A stretch of 64,000 nt of DNA, from positions 7,936,001-8,000,000 of the forward strand of contig CATNEN010000007.1 in assembly GCA_950097015.1 (NCBI GenBank). Reading direction: 5' to 3'. The DNA comes from Macrostomum hystrix (taxonomy: Eukaryota > Animalia > Platyhelminthes). The translations under genes and the position numbers were made by a program. Within the stretch, counting starts at the first letter, position 1; each line of letters opens with the position of its first letter. A model generated the notes under the pieces. That model was not told the origin of the DNA, searched no databases, and worked only from the letters and a program-made list of their open reading frames with translations. Of this stretch, positions 47,801-59,800 are shown piece after piece.

Positions 47801-50800
47801 CACCCCATCCCATCCCAAGGCCCCCTACTATCCTGCACCCCATCCCATCCCAAGGCCCACTACTATCCTTCACCCCATCCCATCCCAAGGCCCCCTACTA
47901 TCCTGCACCCCATCCCATCCCAAGGCCCACTACTATCCTTCACCCCATCCCATCCCAAGGCCCCCTACTATCCTTCACCCCATCCCATCCCAAGGCCCCC
48001 TACTATCCTTCACCCCATCCCATCCCAAGGCCCCCGACTATCCTTCACCCCATCCCATCCCAAGGCCCCCTACTATCCTACACCCCATCCCAAACCAAGG
48101 CCCCCTACTATCCTACACCCCATCCCAAACCAAGGCCCCCTACTATCCTACACCCCATCTCAAATCAAGGCCCCCTACTATCCTTCACCCCATCCCAAAC
48201 CAAGGCCCCCTACTATCCTACACCCCATCTCAAATCAAGGCCCCCTACTATCCTTCACCCCATCTCAAATCAAGGCCCCCTACTATCCTTCACCCCACCC
48301 CATCCCAAACCAAGGCCCCCTACTATCCTACACCCCATCCCATCCCAAGGCCCCCTACTATCCTACACCCCATCCCATCCCAAGGCCCCCTACTATCCTT
48401 CACCCCATCCCATCCCAAGGCCCCCTACTATCCTGCACCCCATCCCATCCCAAGGCCCACTACTATCCTTCACCCCATCCCATCCCAAGGCCCCCTACTA
48501 TCCTTCACCCCATCCCATCCCAAGGCCCCCTACTATCCTACACCCCATCCCAAACCAAGGCCCCCTACTATCCTACACCCCATCCCAAACCAAGGCCCCC
48601 TACTATCCTACACCCCATCCCAAACCAAGGCCCCCTACTATCCTACACCCCATCCCAAACCAAGGCCCCCTACTATCCTACACCCCATCTCAAACCAAGG
48701 CCCCCTACTATCCTTCACCCCACCCCATCCCAAACCAAGGCCCCCTACTATCCTACACCCCATCCCATCCCAAGGCCCCCTACTATCCTACACCCCATCC
48801 CAAACCAAGGCCCCCTACTATCCTTCACCCCATCCCATCCCAAGGCCCCCTACTATCCTACACCCCATCTCAAACCAAGGCCCCCTACTATCCTTCACCC
48901 CACCCCATCCCAAAGCCCCTTGCAATACTGACGCTTCAATAATGGAGATCATGAGTTCGAATTCGCGCTTGTTCCAAGAGACATAATCCACTCAATGAGG
49001 GGTTTGGATGGGGATGTGACAAGGAGGCCCACGTTGCGGATCAGATCCCAATGAATCAATCAACCTGTTCCAGGAGTTCAGGGACTTCCTTTTTTTCATT
49101 TCCCTTCAGCTCAGTCTCGTGCGGAAAATCTGATGCGATTCTGGCGTGCCGCTTCGCTGCCGGAGCCAGATAGCTTTGCACTTTTCTGACGTGCCGCAAC
49201 AACAGTAAAGAGAGGAGAGGGTAGCAAATAAGAAACAAGAGAGATATGAAAAATGGCTAGCTCTCGCACGAAAGAATCGCGTCAATCTTGACTGTCGCAT
49301 TTTGGGCCCCTGACCACTCCCCAGTGCTCCCAGCAGCCGAGGCCAATTAAGTTGAGCAGTTAGATTTTAGAGCGAAGGGAATCTCTCTCTTGAAATTGAT
49401 TATCATTCTCTCTCAGACAAGCCGCTTCTGGGTTCTGGGCGTTTCACTTCTTTAATTAGCCTGTCCATTGGACTACGAGTAAAATAACTGCAGCACAGGT
49501 GTCACAACTCTCACTGCACACTGCAGCACAGGTGTCACAACTCTCACTGCACACTGCAGCACAGGTGTCACAACTCTCACTGCACACTGCAGCACAGGTG
49601 TCACAACTCTCACTGCACACTGCAGCACAGGTGTCACAACTCTCACTGCACACTGCAGCACAGGTGTCACAACTCTCACTGCACACTGCAGCACAGGTGT
49701 CACAACTCTCACTGCACACTGCTGCACAGGTGTCACAACTCTCACTGCACACTGCAGCACAGGTGTTACAACTCTCATTGCACACTGCAGCACAGGTGTC
49801 ACAACACTCACTGCACACTGCAGCACAGGTGTCACAACTCTCACTGCACACTGCTGCACAGGTGTCACAACTCTCACTGCACACTGCTGCACAGGTGTCA
49901 CAACTCTCACTGCACACTGCAGCACAGGTGTTACAACTCTCATTGCACACTGCAGCACAGGTGTCACAACACTCACTGCACACTGCAGCACAGGTGTCAC
50001 AACTCTCACTGCACACTGCTGCACAGGTGTCACAACTCTCACTGCAATTCTTTCAGTTATAATAGCACAGGTGTTTCAGTTAATGCAGCACAGGTGTTCC
50101 AAATATTACAGCACAGATATAGAAGTAATTACAGCACAGGCATAACACTAAATACAACACAGATATACCAGTTATTTCAGCACATGTATTCTAGTTATTT
50201 CAGCACAGGTATTCTAGTTATTTCAGCACAGGTATTCTAGTTATTGCAGCACAGGTATTCTACTTATTACAGCAAAGGTATTCTAGTTATGTCAGCACAG
50301 GTATTCTAGTTATTTCAGCACAGGTATTCTAGTTATAACAGCACAGGTATTCTAGTTATTTCAGCACAGGTATTCTAGTTGTAACAGCAAAGGTATTCTA
50401 GTTATTTCAGCACAGGTATTCTAGTTGTAACAGCAAAGGTATTCTAGTTATTTCAGCACAGGTATTCTAGTTATTACAGCACAGGTATTCTAGTTATTAC
50501 AGCACAGGTATTCTTGTTATTACAGCACAGTTATTCTTGTTATTACAGCACAGTTATTCTTGTTATTACAGCACAGTTATTCTTGTTATTACAGCACAGT
50601 TATTCTTGTTATTACAGCACAGTTATTCTTGTTATTACAGCACAGTTATTCTTGTTATTACATCACAGGTATTCTAACAGCAATATAATAATATTGTAAT
50701 ATAATCTCTATGCAAATTCCTGCGCAAGTTGAGCTCATGCTGCTCATTACCCACGAATTGGTCCAAGCGATTCGGTTGCAACTCTGCTATTTCTACTCAT

Positions 50801-53800
50801 AAGTAGAGACTAGCGAGTGTAAAAACTAAATCCAGCTCAAATTTGCAAGTAAAACTTTGCCAACTTTTACTCACTAAACAATCTGGGGTTGAATTTGCGG
50901 AGAAATCTGAGCGCAGCGGAGGGCTGGGAGAGAGGAGAGAGAGATCTGGGTGACTGGCCAATGAAATTTCTGGAATGTGTTGTGTTTTGAGTATAAAATT
51001 GTCAGCTGCTTTCAAGCTCGGCCACTATTTTGCCAGCGCCTCTAAGAAGGATTTGCTTTGAAGGCAAGATTCTAAATTCATAAAAAGCAATGACTGTCGA
51101 GTACAAGAAAATGGACTCGTGAGTAAAATGTGTACTTTGCTAGCTGTCATGGTTTCGAGCTCTGGACCTCGCATACCAGTAAACTGTGTACTTTGCTAGC
51201 TGTCATGGTTTCGAGCTCTGGACCTCGCATACCAGTAAACTGTGTACTTTGCTAGCTGTCATGGTTTCGAGCTCTGGACCTCGCATACCAGTAAACTGTG
51301 TACTTTGCTAGCTGTCATGGTTTCGAGCTCTGGACCTCGCATACCAGTAAACTGTGTACTTTGCTAGCTGTCATGGTTTCGAGCTCTGGACCTCGCACAC
51401 CAATCTTTGTATTAGATTTTAAATCTAACAGTGTTCTTTAATGTCTTAAACGAGATGATATTTAGCGTGGCGTCTTTGACGTCGTCAAGGTCTTTAAGCT
51501 GGAATGCCCAGTAGTTGACGGGTTGTGAAGCCCCGAAAAAATAGTTATGAAAAGTGAGAGTGAGCAGTTCCATTTCCGCAGCTCCTAATTGACTCGATAA
51601 GTCAATTTAGAGTTGTCTGGGAACAAGCCGAACAAGAAACTCCTAGCAACTCGATCGCCTTGGAAAAGTTTCTTTAGTAGGGGCAAGCAAACAGGAGAAC
51701 ACAGGCGAAAGACTCGCGCGCCTTCTCCAGATACTTGCTTTTCCTTTGGTTTCTGCTCGAACAGCAACTCGAAAACGCTGGGAAATTAGTTTATCGCCGC
51801 ATTATCCCGTCGACATTTTATCAGTCACCGAAACTTTCCTAAATCAGCTGATGTAATGCGGTTTTGGCGGCCTGCTTGGTAACTAATTTCTAGCGAGACG
51901 ACAAATTAACTTTTCTGTCTGCGCTGCTGCTCCATCTCCATGCAGCATGAGTCGCGGCCTCATACAGCAAAGACAAATAAAAGCGAAGCGAGGGAAGTTC
52001 GGGATCGAGTGGGGAAATTTTGGGATAAAATGGAGTGAGCGAATTCATGTCTCGAGTAGCGACTGGAACTGCCGCTATCAGAGATGCCAGATCGAAGAAC
52101 AAAGCGTCCACATCAGCAGCAGCAGCAGCAGCAGCAGTTGCGGCGAGCCGGAGGTGGCGGCGGCCTTGCGGGCAATAGCCGCAGGAACTGGCCCGACCTG
52201 TTCGCCGGCGCGTCGGCGGTTGGCTCGAGGGCGGCATCCAGCGCCGACCCGACAGGGGCGGGCCTGTTGAACAGGTGAGCGGGCCTGTTGAACAGGTGAG
52301 CAGACCTGTTGAACAGGTGAGCGGGCCTTTTGAACAGGTGTGCGGGCCTGTTGAACAGGTGAGCGGGCCTGTTGAACAGGTGAGTGACAGATACTGTCTA
52401 CAGAACAGTGGCACACTTCCTATCGATTGGGTTAAAAATGCCGTCGAGAACTGTTCTCTCGGAACTGATAAATTCGCGGATCAGTCGATTTGATTCGGTT
52501 CGGAGATCAGCCATGCGGCTCTAAGAGGCCGGTCGATTCGAGTGGCTTTGGAAGCGCCTGGGAAGATAAGAATTGTCCAATGAAGAAATCGGAAGATTGT
52601 TAGAAAAAAAATTTTTTGCTTACTGGAAGAAACTTTCTAACCGAGAGAGCCGCGCTCCAACATTTGGGTTATTTGTTTGCAAACCAGTGGAAACGTAACC
52701 AAAATTTCAGGTTTGAAAGCAACCATCGTTCTCATTTTCTCATAGTTCTATCGTTCTCATAGTGCTTTTCCTTTGCATTCATTTACCAGCGATAGCAACC
52801 TATCGGAGAATATTAAATTTAAAATATTTTTTCTAAATCACATGGTGAATTCAGATAATACTCATGATCAACTCAGATAATACTCATGGTAAATTCAGAT
52901 AATACTCATGGTAAACTCAGATAATACTCATGGTAAATTCAGATATACTCATGATCAACTCAGATAATACTCATGGTGAATTCAGATAATACTCATGATC
53001 AACTCTTCATGAGCCTCTTTTATACGTTTAAGTTGCCCTGAAAAATATTTACAAAACAGCCGCAGAGAAACGCCAAAAGCAGTGCAGATGGGAGGTCATT
53101 GTTGATGGGAGAGTTACCGGTCAATCTCGAATAATGAAGAATAATGAGGCTCCCACAGTCCCAACTCCAGGCGGCTCGTGACATTTGTCCCGAAACTGCC
53201 AGGTGAAATTCTCGTCTCTGTTCGCCGCAACTCGACTCGACTTCTCAGGCGCGGGCGGGTGCTCCATGCAGGTCAATTTGTCATGCGCTTGTCCCTCTGG
53301 CCTGGTGGGGGAGGGATTTCTGGCACGGGTCACCGCTCGGCGACCGTTCGCCGCCAGTCGGCTGTTTCTGATGCATGCCCGGCCTGCAGCCACGTGACAC
53401 AGCTGTAATGAAACGGCGCCCACTCCGGCAGAACGGGACACTTCTTGCCTTCTTTTTCCCACGGGCCGCGGTTTCGCCGCAACTTGACTGATGGGGATAA
53501 TCTGAAGGGGGGAGTTTTTAGTGAGCAGCCAGCGGATGTGGGGATAAAATGGGAAGGAGAATATAGAGTAGAGAGGCGGTGGGCTGAGCAGTAGGCTAAA
53601 TCCTCTCCGGAGCGATTTGCGCAGCCTAGGCGGGCCTGTGTAATCGCTACTTCTCAACGATAGAACAGCCTGACTGCTCAGTCCTGCCCGCTGCCTGAGC
53701 ACTTTTAACTTCGCCGCTGACCACATCATCAGCAACCAGCGCCGACACCTCCACCCGCAGGTTCTACCAGACCTTCCAGTACTCGACTGGAGACATGCGC

Positions 53801-56800
53801 AAGACCAACTTGAGCAGCAAGCAGGGCAACTGCAGCGGGGCATTGTTCACCAACTTCGAGGATGTCCGAGTGAGTTGATCGCTAGAAAGTCTAATTAAAT
53901 TTTTTGAGACTTATTAGCTGGATGATGTTTAATGCTTGATCTGTTGACAGATGCTTGATCTGATTGACAGATGCTTGATCTGGTTGATAGATGCTTGATC
54001 TGGTTGATAGATGCTTGATCTGATTGATAGATGCTTGATCTGGTTGATAGATGCTTGATCTGGTTGATAGATGCTTGATCTGGTTGATAGATGCGTGATC
54101 AGGTTGACAGATGCTTGATCTGATTGATAGATGCGTGATCTGGTTGATAGATGCTTGATCTGGTTGATAGATGCTTGATCTGGTTGATAGATGCTTGATC
54201 TGGTTGATAGATGCTTTATCTGTGATAGATGCGTGATCTGGTTGATAGATGCGTGATCTGGTTGATAGATGCGTGATCTGGTTGAAAGATGCTTGATCTG
54301 ATTGATAGATGCGTGATCTGATTGATAGATGCGTGATCTGGTTGATAGATGCGTGATCTGGTTGATAGATGCTTGATCTGATTGATAGATGCGTGATCTG
54401 ATTGATAGATGCGTGATCTGGTTGATAGATGCTTGATCTGGTTGATAGATGCTTGACCTAGTCTATAGATGTTTGATCTGGTTGATAGATGCGTGATCTG
54501 GTTGATAGATGCGTGATCTGGTTGATAGATGCTTGATCTGATTGATAGATGCGTGATCTGATTGATAGATGCGTGATCTGGTTGATAGATGCTTGATCTG
54601 GTTGATAGATGCTTGACCTAGTCTATAGATGTTTGATCTGGTTGATAGATGCTTGATCTGATTGATAGATGCGTGATCTGGTTGATAGATGCTTGATCTG
54701 ATTGATAGATGCGTGATCTGGTTGACAGATGCTTGATCTGATTGATAGATGCGTGATCTGATTGATAGATGCGTGATCTGGTTGATAGATGCTTGATCTG
54801 GTTGATAGATGCTTGACCTAGTCTATAGATGTTTGATCTGGTTGATAGATGCGTGATCTGGTTGATAGATGCTTGATCTGATTGATAGATGCGTGATCTG
54901 GTTGATAGATGCTTGATCTGATTGATAGATGCGTGATCTGGTTGACAGATGCTTGATCTGGTTGATAGATGCTTGACCTAGTCTATAGATGTTTGATCTG
55001 GTTGATAGATGCGTGATCTGGTTGATAGATGCTTGATCTGATTGATAGATGCGTGATCTGGTTGATAGATGCTTGATCTGATTGATAGATGCGTGATCTG
55101 GTTGACAGATGCTTGATCTGATTGATAGATGCGTGATCTGATTGATAGATGCGTGATCTGGTTGATAGATGCTTGATCTGGTTGATAGATGCTTGACCTA
55201 GTCTATAGATGTTTGATCTGGTTGATAGATGCGTGATCTGGTTGATAGATGCTTGATCTGATTGATAGATGCGTGATCTGGTTGATAGATGCTTGATCTG
55301 ATTGATAGATGCGTGATCTGGTTGACAGATGCTTGATCTGGTTGATAGATGCCGATATTAAGTTCTGCAAATAAATTTCGTTGAAACACGCGGGTGTTTG
55401 TGATGGAAGAATTATCTGCAATATGCGGAATCAATTGAATTGTGAATTCTAGAAAAAAACTGAATAAACGAATCGATTTGAATGGGAATTTCTTTGATAA
55501 GCAAATTAGAAGGAAAGTCTGTTGACAATCGAATCAAAAATTTGCCTGACACGCAAAAATCTGGGGATCAACAGGAGCAAAAGTGAAGCCGAGGAATCCG
55601 GACCTGCTCCCTCACCTGCCCTGACCTGGATTGGCGGCAGAAGAAAAAAATATTATTTTTAATTCTCTTCAATGCCAACAAAGAAAGGGAAGGAAATCCT
55701 CATTTTGGATTCTGCCGCTGAGCCATTGTTCACAGGCATATAAGGAGGCCGTGCTGGCAGAGAGCCAGGGAGTGAGCAGATCAGTTTGGATCGAAGACTT
55801 CGGCATGGCTGAAATCAATCCGTTCTATGAGGAGGAGAGTCCGGGGGCCTTCGGGCGGTCAGTGAGCTTCGTGCAGCAGCACCACTGCCGCCACCGGGAG
55901 GCTGAAATGTGGAACGAATGCGCCTTCGCATTTCAGCTGACTGACGAGGAGCGAGTCTACCTACAGGCGGCCGGGATCGGTGACGTCGGCGTCATCCGGC
56001 AGTCGCTGGAGGAGGTGGACAATCCGCAGTTCAACGCCAACTGCGTGGACTACATGGGCCGCAATGCGCTGCATCTGGCTGTGGACTCCGAGAACATGGA
56101 CTGCATCGAGCTGCTGTGTGACAAGCTCAGCTTCGAGTGCATCGAGGAGGCCCTCCTGCACGCCATCAGCAAGGGCCTCACTAAGATTGTGCGCGTGGTG
56201 ATCGAGCACCCGAACTACATGGCCGGCGAGGACAAGATCAAACGGATGGACTACAACAATGCCTTCTTTCGGTGAGTGCACTGGGGGAATTGTTCAGAGT
56301 TTGTGGGATTTCGGAATTTGGGATTTGGGATTTGGGATAAGGGATTTTCGGGTTTTGAAGGAGGTTGAATGGCAGTGTATTTGGGTCTCGCACTGAAGTC
56401 ACTGAAAGCGAATGCGCGGCGAGGCTTCATTTTTATTTGAGGCGCCACCGCGGAGAGAAGGATTGGAATTCGCACCCTTAAGGGCCAACCCCCCAGGCAC
56501 AATGCACTGCCAGGTCAGATGTACACACCTGTGTGAGCGTGCCGTTCGTGTGCTGATGGGTCAGCGGATTGGGCAGAATTTCCTGCTCCCTGGCAGCGGG
56601 TGGACTGTCATCAAATGTTGCCCACAGCTCCCCGGAAACACCCTGAAACTACCCTGAAACTAAACTGAAACTAACCTGAAGCTACCCTGAAACTGACCTG
56701 AAACTACCCTGAAACTACCTTGAAACTAACCTGAAACTACCTTGAAACTAACCTGAAACTACCTTGAAACTACCCTGAAACTACCTTGAAACTACCCTGA

Positions 56801-59800
56801 ATATAAAAATAAATGGTAAGAATGGCTCCACTCTGTGGGATCGAACTCAGGACCTTCGGAGCATGGAGCAGAAATTCTGAAATGGAAAAGCTGAGACTGC
56901 ATAGCTCACTTCATCTCTTCTGCCTCATCAGACCATGAGGCTCCCGCCAGCCCAGCTTGTCATCTCGCGTCTCGCAGCTTTCAACTGCTCAGCTCATCGT
57001 CTCATTAACGAGCCATTCAAAATGCGGGCCTTGATTATTCTCAGCCACAAAGCCTGTCAATCACATCGCCCAGGCCGTGCCGGCCGGTTCCGCTTCTCTT
57101 CAATCCTCAGCTTTTCTTCCCGCCCCAAGGGGACGCGCCGAGGTGGGATAAGTCGGAGCAAAATCAAAGTTCCCCAATATTTTCACTAAGAATATTTTAT
57201 AGAATAACTTATTTGCCGAATATTTTCATTGAGTCTTGATGCTTTTGACCTTCAATGCCAGCTGATGCCACAACAAATTTGTTGACTAAATCACTTTTTT
57301 TGTAGCTCGCGTCGCCTAAAGTAACTGGTGCTGCGATCAAACTGGTCTCCATCTGTCTGATTGTCGCACTCTGTTCTCATTCATTCCAGCCCGATCTCGC
57401 CCGAACTCACCCCTATCTCACCTCTTTCTCATCCAGCTCCCATCCGCTGTCACCCCAATCTCACCCCAATCTCAGCCCGCTGTCACACCAATCTCAGCCC
57501 GCTCTCACACCAATCTCAGCCCGCTCTCACCCCAATCTCAGCCCGCTCTCACCCCAATCTCAGCCCCCTCTCACACCAATCTCAGCCCGCTCACACACCA
57601 ATCTCAGCCCTCTCTCACACCAATCTCAGTCCGCTCTCACACCAATCTCAGCCCTCTCTCACACCAATCTCAGCCCGCTCTCACACCAATCTCAGCCCGC
57701 TCTCACACCAATCTCAGCCCGCTCTCACACTAATCTCAGCCCTCTCTCACACCAATCTCACTGTCGCCTCGTCTCCACTGCAGCACGGAGGAGAAGTCGC
57801 AGTTCTCGCCGGACATAACGCCGCTAATCCTGGCCGCGCACTACAACAACCACGAGATGATACAGATGTTCCTGGCGCGCAACCACACAATCGAGAAGCC
57901 GCACGTGATCACCTGCCTGTGCGAGGACTGCCAAATCAAGCAGAACTACGACTCACTGAAGCGCTCCCGGTCCCGCCTAAACGCCTATAGAGCCCTGGCG
58001 AGCCCGGCCTACATGGCGCTGAGCAGCCCGGACCCCATCATGACTACATTTGAGCTGCGCCAGGAGATGATGAAGCTGGCCGAGGTGGAAAAGGAGTTCA
58101 AGGTAAGCACAGTTTGTCTTAATCTAATAAGCCTCCGCTATCGTTTTTTCTGATTGGCTGGCTCCCTTCCGTCCTTCGATTCATTTGATTGGCTCAGACC
58201 CGCCTCCCGTTCATTCTATCCTTCGAGTCATTTGATTGGCTCAGACCCGCCTCCCGTTCATTCTATCCTTCGAGTCATTTGATTGGCTCAGACCCGCCTC
58301 CCGTTCATTCTATCCTTCGAGTCATTTGATTGGCTCAGACCCACCTCCCGTTCATTCTATCCTTCGAGTCATTTGATTGGCTCAGACCCGCCTCCCGTTC
58401 ATTCTATCCTTCGAGTCATTTGATTGGCTCAGACCCGCCTCCCGTTCATTCTATACTATCCTTCGAGTCATTTGATTGGCTGAGACCCAGCACCTATCCA
58501 CTCTTTCCTTTGAGTCATTCAGCTGCTTACTTAAAAGCGGTGAAAACGTGACAGTCAAAAGTGGAGTTTGAAATATAAGCCGCGCCACTTGCAGACGGAA
58601 TACGTCACCCTGGTGGAGCAGTGCATGAATTTCGCCTGCGAAATGATGGACCTCTGCCGCGGCACCCAGGAAGTCGAGGCGGTCATCTCCGACAATCTGG
58701 AAGCTTCCGAAGTCTACGGCACCAATGTGCGCGACCCGCTGGGCCGGCTGCGGATGGCCATCCGATACGAAGAGAAAAAGGTAGGCTTGAGTGCTCGGCG
58801 CTGCAAGTATTGTGTCCGCTCCGTTAATCCAATCATCTGCGTCCTCTTTGCCCACTCCACAGTTCGTGGGCCACGCCAACTGCCAGCAGTATCTTACGAG
58901 CATCTGGTACGGCTCCGAGACCGCCTTCCTGCAGTCCTGGAGCCTCGTGCGCAAGGTTGGATTGTCGTTGGTTGCCGCCCCGCTGCTGCCGCTAATCTGC
59001 ATTGTCTACATCGCGCTGCCGACATCAAAGGTGCCGCCTGTGCTTGACAGAATGACCTGAATTTCAGTTAGATTAATTGTTTTGGGGATACTTCAGGGTC
59101 ACGCCTGCTATCCTCGGGATAATCCTCGCTTATCGCCTCTATCATTTAGGGATTATCGCTGCTATCCTTCAGAGAATAAAGTCGATATCCTTCGTGGATT
59201 ATCCTTCAGGGTTTATCAATGCTGTCTCTCAGGAGTAATGTGTGCAATCCTTCAACGATTATCGCCCTCTAATACGCCCTCGTAATAGCCTAATAATCCC
59301 CTAATGAGCCCGCTCTCCCACGATCTCACTCAAATCTCAGCCCGCTCTCACTCCACTCTCAGCCCGCTCTCACCCCAATCTCAGCCCGCTCTCACCCCAA
59401 TCTCAGCCCGCTCTCACCCCAATCTCAGCCCGCAGATAGCTGGGATTATTATCGCAGCTATCATTCCAAGACTTTTCGCCACAATCGTTCAGGCATTATC
59501 ACCGCTATCCTTCATGGATCAGAGATCAGAGATGAAGACCGTACTTAAATTGAAGCAAGTTTTTTAGTCTCTCACCCTTGAGTTCTACTCAACAGTGAAA
59601 GTCAGTAGGACTTGTCGCATATCCAGAATAATTATTCGAACCCTCTCGCACAACATCGCCGCAGGTCTCCAAAGGTCTGCGCTGTCCTGCCGCAAAGTTC
59701 GCCACGCATACCGTCTCCCACTTCCTCTTCCTGGTGCTGCTGGCCGCGGCCACCTTCCGCGTCGACGACTCCTCTGTAACGCACAGCGTCTCAGAGGAGG

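Noticed and set aside
51129-51397. Regularly spaced repeats as a CRISPR array
   Set aside because: Units are contiguous with no unique spacers, there are no cas genes and the context is eukaryotic.
53121-53843. 240-aa minus-strand ORF
   Set aside because: It is antisense to a TRPC exon and GC-rich intron, with no domain signal.
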